The position numbers and the translations under genes were made by a program. The notes under the pieces are model-generated. The model had not been told where the DNA came from, searched no databases, and was given only the letters and a program-made list of their open reading frames with translations. A stretch of DNA of 45,614 bases, taken from an uncultured bacterium (lineage in GTDB: Bacteria; Patescibacteriota; Minisyncoccia; UBA9983). The stretch covers positions 1 to 45,614 of the forward strand of contig CAJVWH010000002.1 in NCBI GenBank assembly GCA_913009575.1, read 5' to 3'. Numbering within the stretch: the first letter of the stretch is position 1; each line of letters begins with the position of its first letter. This document shows, one piece after another, positions 35,687 through 44,500 of this stretch.

Positions 35687-35932
35687 TCATTTTTTTGTTA
35701 TTTGTTTAATTTCAATTTTATCCACATTTGCCAAAGCGGGACCTGTTTTACACCATTCAGTTACACAAGAAACATTCTTCTCTTCCCCCGCAAGCATAAC
35801 TTCCACGGTTCCATCAGGTATGTTTATCGCTTCACATGAAACATTTAATTCTTTTGCCTTTCTTTTAACAGATTCTCTGAAGAATACCCCTTGTACCTTT
35901 CCGTAAACCTTGATTTTAGTCTTAATACCCAT
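35687..35932 (-). CDS. acyP: Acylphosphatase
   Basis: VYGKVQGVFFR, N.PDGTVE, WC..GP..A.V. Confidence 0.93.
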   Translation of the reverse strand: MGIKTKIKVYGKVQGVFFRESVKRKAKELNVSCEAINIPDGTVEVMLAGEEKNVSCVTEWCKTGPALANVDKIEIKQITKK

Positions 35933-35939
35933 AAATTTC

Positions 35940-36008
35940 TAATGGACATAACGGACAAATTTTCTAACGGACATCCCAACGAACAATGTCCGTTAGGGTG
36001 TCCGTTAT
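35940..36008. repeat. Array of TAACGGACA 9-mers: four direct, two inverted
   Basis: Direct copies at 35940, 35949, 35965, 35977 (first and last degenerate); TGTCCGTTA at 35987 and 35999. Confidence 0.85.
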
Positions 36009-36033
36009 ACACATAATCCACAAGTTATTCACA
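36005..36033 (+). promoter_or_regulatory. Three tandem DnaA-box-like 9-mers
   Basis: TTATACACA (36005), TAATCCACA (36014), TTATTCACA (36025) against consensus TTATNCACA. Confidence 0.65.
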
Positions 36034-36043
36034 TTTTTAAATA

Positions 36044-36115
36044 TGCCCCTGCCAGGATTTGAACCTGGAACAACAGATCCGAAGTCTGTTGTGATATCCG
36101 TTTCACCACAGGGAC
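36044..36115 (-). tRNA. tRNA-Arg(TCG)
   Basis: Acceptor GTCCCTG/CAGGGGC, anticodon arm ACAGA-CT-TCG-GA-TCTGT, T-arm CCAGG-TTCAAAT-CCTGG; no CCA. Confidence 0.93.
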
Positions 36116-36181
36116 TGAATTTCAAACATTTTTATTTTACCATAAAAATGCTATAATTCAATGATATTTGAAAATAATTCT

Positions 36182-36253
36182 GTCCCTATAGCTTAACGGA
36201 TAAAGCGTAGCCCTCCGGAGGCTAAAATCGAGGTTCAATTCCTCGTAGGGACA
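36182..36253 (+). tRNA. tRNA-Arg(CCG)
   Basis: Acceptor GTCCCTA/TAGGGAC, anticodon arm TAGCC-CT-CCG-GA-GGCTA, T-arm CGAGG-TTCAATT-CCTCG; no CCA. Confidence 0.94.
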
Positions 36254-36262
36254 TATTAAAAT

Positions 36263-37729
36263 ATGCCATACAAAATTCCTCAAATTGTTCTCAAAACAAC
36301 AAAATCCCTTATTGACGCCAGTTTTGACGCCTATTTGGTTGGCGGATGCGTTCGCGACTTATTGTTACACAAGAAACCAAAAGATTGGGATATCACCACT
36401 AACGCCAATCCGGAACAAATTCAAAAACTTTTTTCAAAAACCGTTTATGAAAACAAATTTGGTACGGTTGCTGTAATAAATGAATCGGTTTCTGATGAAA
36501 CACTAAAAGTTATTGAAATAACACCTTATCGTCTTGAATCTAAATATTCTGACAAAAGACACCCTGATGAAGTGCGTTTCACAAGTAACCTAAAAGATGA
36601 CCTAAAAAGAAGAGATTTTACCATCAATGCTATTGCCTTAAATCCGGTTTCCGGTGAAATTATTGATCTTTTTAGTGGCCAAAAAGACCTTGAAAAGCAA
36701 ATGATTAAGGCGGTAGGAAACCCTGAAGAACGCTTTAATGAAGATGCTTTGCGGGTTTTAAGGGCAATTCGCCTGGCAACGGAACTTGATTTCATTGTTT
36801 CCGGTGAAACAATGAAAGCTATTAAAAAATATTGCAATTTACTAAAAACAATCGCAAAAGAGCGAATAAGAGACGAATTTATAAAAATTTTGATGTCTAA
36901 AAAACCAAGCAAGGGCATAGAAATGATGCGTGAGTTGGAAATTTTAAAGTATATTGCTCCGGAACTGGAAGAGGGCATTGAAATAAAGCAAAATAAAGCC
37001 CATAAATTCACGGTCTGGGAACATAACCTTAGAAGTTTGGACCATGCTGCAATGAAAAATTGGCCTTTTGAAATCCGTATGGCGGCTCTTTTACATGATG
37101 TCGGCAAACCGGCTACCAGGCGTTGGAGCAAGGAAAAAAACGATTGGACATTTTATGGACATGATGTAGTGGGCGCCAAAATGACGGCAAAAATTCTTTC
37201 TCGCCTAAAATTTTCCAAAAAAATGATTAACTTAATAACCAAACTTGTTCGTTGGCATTTATTTTTTTCGGAAACAGAAACAATCACCTTGTCGGCAGTG
37301 CGTAGAACCGTCCGAAATGTGGGACCGGAAAATGTTTGGGATTTGATGAAAGTGAGATTTTGCGACCGAATAGGCATGGGCAGACCGAAAGAAACTCCTT
37401 ACCGACTTCGTAAATATGAATCAATGATTGACGAGGCGATGCGAGCGCCTTTGTCTGTAAAAATGCTTAAAATCAACGGGAAAAAAGTGATGGAAATAAC
37501 AAACGAAAAAACTGGTCCTAAAATAGGTCATATTTTACACGTTCTTTTGGAAGAAACCCTTGATAACCCTGAGTTAAACAACGCTGAATATCTCAAAAAA
37601 AGGGTAAAAGAATTGGCCAAATTACCTGAAAAACAATTGGAAGACATGGGTAAAAAGGGAAAACTTACCAGAGAAAAAAAAGAGGGAAGAGAAATAGAGA
37701 GTATACGTAAAAAATGGTATGTGAAATAA
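36263..37729 (+). CDS. cca: CCA tRNA nucleotidyltransferase with HD domain
   Basis: VGGCVRD, DWDITT, DLKRRDFTINA, RFNEDALRVLR, ERIRDE, LLHDVGKP, FYGHD. Confidence 0.93.
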   Translation: MPYKIPQIVLKTTKSLIDASFDAYLVGGCVRDLLLHKKPKDWDITTNANPEQIQKLFSKTVYENKFGTVAVINESVSDETLKVIEITPYRLESKYSDKRHPDEVRFTSNLKDDLKRRDFTINAIALNPVSGEIIDLFSGQKDLEKQMIKAVGNPEERFNEDALRVLRAIRLATELDFIVSGETMKAIKKYCNLLKTIAKERIRDEFIKILMSKKPSKGIEMMRELEILKYIAPELEEGIEIKQNKAHKFTVWEHNLRSLDHAAMKNWPFEIRMAALLHDVGKPATRRWSKEKNDWTFYGHDVVGAKMTAKILSRLKFSKKMINLITKLVRWHLFFSETETITLSAVRRTVRNVGPENVWDLMKVRFCDRIGMGRPKETPYRLRKYESMIDEAMRAPLSVKMLKINGKKVMEITNEKTGPKIGHILHVLLEETLDNPELNNAEYLKKRVKELAKLPEKQLEDMGKKGKLTREKKEGREIESIRKKWYVK

Positions 37730-37732
37730 CTA

Positions 37733-37780
37733 AAAAACTAAAACAGCCGCGCATTTAAACGCGCGGCTGTTTTAGTTTTT
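37733..37780. terminator. Bidirectional intrinsic terminator between convergent genes
   Basis: Perfect 20-bp inverted repeat AAAAACTAAAACAGCCGCGC / GCGCGGCTGTTTTAGTTTTT with 8-nt loop. Confidence 0.88.
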
Positions 37781-37806
37781 ACCTCATCTCACGGTTTTAT
37801 ATCTTC

Positions 37807-39876
37807 CTATTTATCTTTTTTCCCAATCGTAAATTTAGATCTGATGGATTTAATTCTTTTGATAAAACCTGATACGAGATAGATACTATTATTCTTTTTG
37901 CGTCTTTGCCATATTGAGATTTGAATAATCCACGACGCCACAAGGAGAAATAATAATACCAAAGAAAATGTGGATGTTATCTTGTTGTCGGCAAAAAAAG
38001 CCAGCGCGGCAGACAAAATTTTTCCCTTGCCATTCCCGGTTTTACTTCCAGGTATATTTGGTGGCGTTAAATTCGCTGATCCGGCAATTGCCGCGACTGT
38101 ACTGGTAGAAATGCCTTCTGCACCGGCAGTAACAACATTTTCTTTTTCAGATTTTCCTATTTCTTTCCTGATTTTTTTAATCTCTTCGCCGGCAGGAATA
38201 CTTCCCGCCTCGTGTTCCGCTCTCAGTCTTCTAATAAGGCCGTTATATCTTTCTATTTCCACCAAATCACTTTTTGTAAGAGGGAATTGCTTTTGGCAAT
38301 AAATCTCATTAACTTCTTTTTTGGTGGTGATATAAACATACCCCGTAGAATCTTTAAGCGCCCACGGATCCAGAATATCTTTTCTATGTTTTTTCTGAAA
38401 CTCGGAAACAGCGTCAAAGCTTGCCTTGTCATAAATTCCTGTAACGGCAAGACTGGAAAAACCTTCAAAATCCCTTAAAAATACCTGCAATTTGCGTACC
38501 TCATCAGGATTATTGTTTCCGCCAAGCTTGATGTATTCAAGAAGGTAGTTGCATGTTGAAGGAATAGGCGTCTCTTCAGGTAATTTTGGCAAAGTAATGG
38601 ACAATTCTATTCCGCCAACTTCTTCGTCTGTTCTGCCGGCAAGTGGACGGAAATAATATGGGACGCCACTTTTAAGGCCAGAAATAGTCACGGAATGGCT
38701 TGTTGCGTAAACTGAAGTTGTGGCCGTGGAAAACTCATATTCGTTGAACGGCTTAGTGCTTGAAGCGTATGATTTTAATCCATAAAGGACAGAGCTTGTC
38801 GCTTGCAGATTTGTGTCCCATGTGACCAAAACCGTGCTGGTTGCGGCATATTCAACTTTTTCATTTGTAATTTCCAAGTGGATTGGAGTTCCGCCCCCTC
38901 CGCCGCCTCCTCCGCCGCAATTGCTTACGCATCCGCTTGGTGGTGATGGAGGTGGTGTTGAGGGTGAACTCATCTCAACAGTCCTCAGGACTTCATCAGC
39001 AGTGGCTCCGTCGGAGTCGGAAACATTGTAAGTGATAGTATAAGTTCCGACGGCGGAAGTGTCCACCGTGTCTCCTCCAACGACAATATCAGAGGTGATA
39101 TCACCGTCTTCGGTGTCAGTCGCGGTGGCTCCGGGGTCGGTAAAGGTGTCTCCAACCGTCAAATTTATCGGGTTGTCGCCGAGAAGCGTGATAACAGGAG
39201 CCTGATTTTCGTCATTGTCATCCGGAGAATCACACCCTGGATCATTTGGATAATCCACTAATCCGTCCCCGTCATTGTCTACTCCATCGGAACATTGGGG
39301 CAAATTAACGGCATCTAAGGCAAGACATACCGCCTCTACGCTATTTGCGCTTGAATTATCGGGCCAAAAGGCATGCAATGCTGAAACACTGTCAGTATCC
39401 TTACTGATAACAAGCGCTTGGTCAACAACCTCCGCAGTGCTTGCCTCTTCCGCACAGTCAGCAAGATCGCTGATTGCAGAAGAAGTGGCAATACTTGACC
39501 CGTTTTTGTAAAAAACCGCCTTCCATTGCTCGTGAGGCTGAAACACGTTAATTCTACTATCATATCCGTCATAAGAGGCAAGAGAAACAGAATAAGTTCC
39601 TTGAGGAATACTCGCGCTCTGGGGACCGCAAGTTGCTTCATCAATCGTGCCACTGGAAACAATCTTTCCGCAAGACAAAGGCAGAAAATTCACAATAATC
39701 CTTCCTTGTTGCTGGTTAAATGGGCAAATTGGCGTATATCCTTGGCTTTCAGCGAAAACTGGGGAGGCCACCGCAAAAAATACGCTGACGGCAAATAAAG
39801 CCGCAAGAGAAAATTTAAGCATGATATTGAGAGAAATAAGACCATAATGCCCATTTGTTTGTTTGATTGTAGTCAT
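37807..39876 (-). CDS. Multidomain surface protein (Ca-binding repeat, Ig-like DUF5011-type domain, FN3-like domain, peptidoglycan-binding-like domain, C-terminal TM)
   Basis: Signal peptide; QCSDGVDNDGDGLVDYP.DPGC; APVITLLG...FTDPGATATD.EDGD; Pro/Gly linker; VRKLQVFL...TG.YD...AV..FQ. Confidence 0.75.
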   Translation of the reverse strand: MTTIKQTNGHYGLISLNIMLKFSLAALFAVSVFFAVASPVFAESQGYTPICPFNQQQGRIIVNFLPLSCGKIVSSGTIDEATCGPQSASIPQGTYSVSLASYDGYDSRINVFQPHEQWKAVFYKNGSSIATSSAISDLADCAEEASTAEVVDQALVISKDTDSVSALHAFWPDNSSANSVEAVCLALDAVNLPQCSDGVDNDGDGLVDYPNDPGCDSPDDNDENQAPVITLLGDNPINLTVGDTFTDPGATATDTEDGDITSDIVVGGDTVDTSAVGTYTITYNVSDSDGATADEVLRTVEMSSPSTPPPSPPSGCVSNCGGGGGGGGGTPIHLEITNEKVEYAATSTVLVTWDTNLQATSSVLYGLKSYASSTKPFNEYEFSTATTSVYATSHSVTISGLKSGVPYYFRPLAGRTDEEVGGIELSITLPKLPEETPIPSTCNYLLEYIKLGGNNNPDEVRKLQVFLRDFEGFSSLAVTGIYDKASFDAVSEFQKKHRKDILDPWALKDSTGYVYITTKKEVNEIYCQKQFPLTKSDLVEIERYNGLIRRLRAEHEAGSIPAGEEIKKIRKEIGKSEKENVVTAGAEGISTSTVAAIAGSANLTPPNIPGSKTGNGKGKILSAALAFFADNKITSTFSLVLLFLLVASWIIQISIWQRRKKNNSIYLVSGFIKRIKSIRSKFTIGKKDK

Positions 39877-40034
39877 ATCAGTATTGTTAAATTAACCGAT
39901 AATAATCGACCTTCCTTGTTGTTCAATAGTTAACGAGCAGTAATCTCATATTTTATTTTAAAAGACCAAAATTAATAGATGTTTAAAGAGCAAAAAAATG
40001 AACTAATACTAATTATATACAATACATTTAATTT

Positions 40035-40934
40035 TTAATTTGTCAACCTGCGCCTTGAATGAAATGCCTTATGGACATCGCGAAGCTGTTTGTCCGTTAT
40101 GTGGGTATAAATTTGCGTGGTAGTAATATTGGAATGGCCGAGGAGAGATTGGACCGAGCGCAAATCAGCCCCGGCGGACAATAAGTCAGTGGCAAAACAG
40201 TGACGAATCACATGGGGTGTAACTTTTTTGGAAATTCCGGCTTTAATAGCATAATATTTTACGATTCTTTCCACGGAACGCGGAGTAAGACGAGAAGTGT
40301 CGGAAACTCGGTTTCCGACATGGATAAATAGGGGTTCATTTGTGTCAGTTCTTTTTTCCAAATAGTTTTTTAATGATTTCTTCGCGCTCTCGGACAAAAA
40401 AACAACTCTTATTTTATCTCCTTTGCCGCGTACCGAAAATTCTCCCGTTTTCGCTTCAACAATACGATCTCTATTCAAAGAGCATAATTCCGAAACTCTC
40501 AATCCGGTTGAAAACAAAAGCTCCAATATGGCCTTGTCGCGTAATGATTTCAATCCATTGCCTTGGGGAGCATTAAGCAATCTTCCCAACTCCTCTTCCG
40601 TTATCAAATCCAATTCACGTTGGGGAACTTTGGCAAGTTCTATTCTTTCCGGAGCCAAGGATTTAATTCCACGCCTTGCCAGATATTTCAAAAACACACG
40701 GAGAGCGATTAAATAATAATTTTGCGTTTTTCTCTTTAATTCTTGCCTATTAAGCCTTAATCTAAACTTGCGCACCGTTTCATCAGTGATTTCCTCCGGT
40801 CCCTTTATTTTTGAGAACTCCAGAAACTTGCTTAGATATCTGCCGTAATTTTCCACTGTTTTTACGCTCCTTCCTTTTTCTATTTCCAAATATTCCAAAA
40901 ATTCTTTTCTTAAATTCTTAATGTCGCACAACAT
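40035..40934 (-). CDS. xerC: XerC/XerD-family tyrosine recombinase (start revised to ATG 40934)
   Basis: FL.YL.IE.GRS.KT..NY, RD.AILELLFSTGLRVSEL, GKGDK.R, TPH.IRH.FAT, VQ.LLGHSNI.TTQIYT. Confidence 0.88.
   Translation of the reverse strand: MLCDIKNLRKEFLEYLEIEKGRSVKTVENYGRYLSKFLEFSKIKGPEEITDETVRKFRLRLNRQELKRKTQNYYLIALRVFLKYLARRGIKSLAPERIELAKVPQRELDLITEEELGRLLNAPQGNGLKSLRDKAILELLFSTGLRVSELCSLNRDRIVEAKTGEFSVRGKGDKIRVVFLSESAKKSLKNYLEKRTDTNEPLFIHVGNRVSDTSRLTPRSVERIVKYYAIKAGISKKVTPHVIRHCFATDLLSAGADLRSVQSLLGHSNITTTQIYTHITDKQLRDVHKAFHSRRRLTN
40298..40320. repeat. Perfect palindrome inside xerC
   Basis: TGTCGGAAAC-TCG-GTTTCCGACA, 10-bp arms. Confidence 0.88.
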
Positions 40935-40963
40935 TAAAAATAGTATACAACAAATTTTGAAAG

Positions 40964-40972
40964 TTATCCACA
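40964..40972 (+). promoter_or_regulatory. DnaA box over the predicted -35 region of the xerC promoter
   Basis: Perfect TTATCCACA; minus-strand TATACT at 40942-40947. Confidence 0.55.
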
Positions 40973-41057
40973 ATGGAATATCTGAGGTAATGCTTTTTTA
41001 ATTATACTTAATGTAATAGAATAATTATATTGGTTAACGTTTTTGTAATTTTATATA

Positions 41058-41555
41058 ATGCTTAAAAAACCCGCGACTATCATTCTTTTTTTATCGCTAG
41101 CGCTTGTTCTTTTTTCCTACTTTTTTTTCTTCCATAAAACACCCGAAAAACACCAAGCGGAAGAAATTAAACAAGGGCTGATGGAAATGGTTGCGGGAAC
41201 GGTTGTTGGAATTGACCAAAGTCAAAATAACTTTGATGTTGATATTGACCCATTGGGCACCAATAAAACTTACACAATTTATGCCGATAATGGCACAAAA
41301 TTCTTTTCCTTGCGCTACCCAAAGCCGCAAATCGGCAAATTTAAAAAAAATAATTCCACCTCTCCATCTGAATTTGAAGAAGGGCAATCGTTCATAAGGA
41401 AGCCCGCTAAGAAAATTTCCGTTAATTTTGATTACCTGAAAAAAAGAATGTTGGTTGAAATATATTTTTACAAACGCCTTAACCCCAAAAAATCCAAATT
41501 GATTGCCAAAAGCGTTAATATAATTGAACATGGAGAGAGTACCCCGCATCATTAA
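41058..41555 (+). CDS. Membrane-anchored hypothetical protein (OB-fold-like strands)
   Basis: N-terminal TM; G.VVGID...F.V, L..RM.VEI; overlaps the start of the next gene. Confidence 0.6.
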   Translation: MLKKPATIILFLSLALVLFSYFFFFHKTPEKHQAEEIKQGLMEMVAGTVVGIDQSQNNFDVDIDPLGTNKTYTIYADNGTKFFSLRYPKPQIGKFKKNNSTSPSEFEEGQSFIRKPAKKISVNFDYLKKRMLVEIYFYKRLNPKKSKLIAKSVNIIEHGESTPHH

Positions 41556-44500
41556 AAAAATTTTTGTTTATTTGTTTGCCGCGCCCTTCATGGGTTTATT
41601 GTTTCTTTGTCCCAATTTTAACGCGGTTTCCGCTCAAACCGAATCTGTAAGTTTAATCCGCGAAGATTGCACCGGCTATACAAATTGCTACACATCGCTC
41701 GCGGACTGGGAGGCAAATTACGGAAATATAAATTTTGGAGGATGTTCAACAGGCGACCTTGTCTGTGCCGACAAAATAGCCGTGGCCAAAATTGAAGGCG
41801 CTTGGACCAATCCTGACACCAACCCGCTGAGTATAGCCGGGTGGAATACGGGGCCAAACAATTACATCAAAATTTACACCACCTCTGAAGCCAGACATAG
41901 CGGGGTGTGGAATAATAATGCTTATAGAATCCAAATATCAACGGGTATCGCCATAGATAATGAAGAAAATTATGTAAAAATTGACGGTCTCCAGATAAAA
42001 GTAACATCAAATTCCAGCTCAGGTTATGGGGTTTTATCCGAAGGAATCAATGGCGGGGGAGATGTTGAAATATCAAACAATATTATTGTGGGTCCGAATA
42101 TTGTTTCCGGCCCCGGATATGACGGGGTTGGAATATTTATGTATTCCAATGATTCCGACACCACGCATAAAATTTGGAACAACATTATCTATAATTGGGG
42201 GAGCGGGGACTCGGTTTATGGAATTTTGTTATGGTACACAAACGATATCGCCTATATTTACAATAATACAATTTACAATTCCACTTTGGGAATATCCGCG
42301 GACGGGGGAAATGCCACATTAAAAAACAACATATCAATTGCCGACTTTCCATCAACCGGATTTTATTCCTTAGAAAATTTCAATATTGCCAGCTCCACAA
42401 GTAACGCTTCCAATAACGGGGACATTCCGGGATTAAATCCAATAATTCTTTCAAGCGGCAGTCCCAATGATTATTTCATCAGCAGTACTGAATTTCATAT
42501 TAATCCCACCGCGCAATACGCCCAAGAAATCACAGATGCCGGAGAAAATCTTTCTACAGACGCCAATCTCGCGTTTCAAAATGATGCCGGCGGAGAAATC
42601 AGGGGCGCGGTATGGGACATAGGGGCAGACGAAAAAGATACAACACCGCCAAAGCGCAGCAATGGTTCTCCGCAAGGAACAATATACTTGGTTCCGGGTC
42701 CGACGAACAAAATAATCACCTTAAATACGGACAAGAACGCCACCTGCAAATATTCAACATCCCCCGGAATAAATTACAACTCCATGGCCAATATCTTTTC
42801 GGCAACGGGGGGAACTTTCCACTCCACCATTGTTTACAATCTCAACCAAGGGGAGACATATTCTTATTACGTAAAATGCCAAGACGTTTTGGGCAACGCC
42901 AACACGGACGACTACATAATTAATTTTTCCGTCAGTCCCATCCCTATTGGCGGCCTTTGGGGAAACTACAATAAACTGGGAACTGATGATTGGACGGAAT
43001 TCAAAACGGCGAAAGTGGAAAATATTGATTTTCTAAACTTTGACGCCACGCTTTTGAGCAGAATCGGACAAATAAACGATGCGGAGATTATTTGGAGGGG
43101 AGCCATTTTGGCCGACACAAGCGGAACATATAATTTTCGCATTGACACATTGGGGCAATATAGCAGGTTTGACATCGATGATACCTACCTTTGGCCAAGA
43201 GGCGGCTGGTGGGCGTACGGCGATAAATCCAATTCCATTTATCTTACGGCCGGTTGGCATTTTTTCTACCTTCGTTTCCAAGTGCCGTCATATCAATCAG
43301 ACTCTCAAGCCCAACTTTATTGGACACCCCCCGGACAATCGGAAGAAATTATTCCAACCGACCATTTGAGTCCGCAATTATGGTCAAACAAAATAATCAC
43401 CATTCCTGATATTTCAAAACCGAAAGAACAAATCAATTATATTACCGCGGGCGTCGGAACGGCAGACCTGCCAAATCCAACCATTGAGATTACTCTTCCA
43501 AACAATGTACTAAAAGACGAAGTCTGGATTATATGGCTTAATTCGCAAAACCCAAACATTACCGTTACAAATACTCTCAGCGGAGTGAGTGAAAGTATTG
43601 TCGGAACCCGACTTACCACCGTTCAGGGACTGGGTTTGGATGGCGTGGTAGCAAAACTCCCGCAAACTCTGATTCCCGATTCGGGTACATTGGAGCTTTC
43701 TTTCAGTGAGCAATTTCCCAGCAGGCCGGCAGGTATAGGAATAATCGTTCCATATGTTGACCCCAGCCGTCCTTTGGGGAGAATTTCCATTAACGCGATG
43801 GCCAATTCAATATACCGCCGGGTAAGCCCCGTTTTTATTTTTCCCGTAAACCTGGAGGTCAGCAATAATATCCAGCCGCTTTTTATGTTCAGCGACGGCG
43901 AAACTAAAGTGACGGCTCCGGGTAGTTACCGCCCGAATTATCTGGTAATGCTCGCCGGAAAGGGAGCGCAACCTTCGCAATTTGATATATTGCAAAATAT
44001 GGGAGGAACAAAAATTGTGCCCCAAGATCTAAGCGTGCCCATTGACCTGAATAATTCAAACACATGGTATCCAAGTTTTGGAAGAGAGGGCCCCCAGTTT
44101 GATGTGGTTTCGCCAAATTATGTTCCGAATCAATGGTCCGGCGCGGCGGATACGGGAGGGGGTCAAATTAACTCCATCAGTATTCCTTTGGACAGCGCAT
44201 GGGTGGCTTTCCAAATTTACTCAAGTAATTTTGACGAGGACGGTGTCTGGGGAGACGCCGAATCCGGCACTTCAATTGTCGGAGGAATTTTCTCAACTCT
44301 GGCGCTGGCAAAAGAATCCGTTCCCGACGCCCCCGCAAACCTCACCGCCACTGCGGGAAGCGGGACCGATTGCGAAACCATAAATTTGAATTGGACTGAT
44401 AATTCAACCAATGAAATTAAATTTGAGATTGAAAGAAAGAATGACGGAGGAACATTTGCTTGGATTGCCGACGCTCCCGCCGACGCGACTTCTTACCTTG

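Noticed and set aside
35940-36008. CRISPR array
   Set aside because: Units are 9 bp with 0-7 nt gaps and mixed orientation; no spacers or cas genes. No CRISPR array was seen anywhere in the window.
38890-38962. CCG/GGT-rich tandem runs
   Set aside because: Encode the poly-Gly and Pro-rich linker of the surface protein with mixed codons.
40035-40934. Tyrosine recombinase as a prophage or integron integrase
   Set aside because: Size and motifs fit chromosomal XerC/D; no integron-integrase insertion, attC array or phage genes seen.
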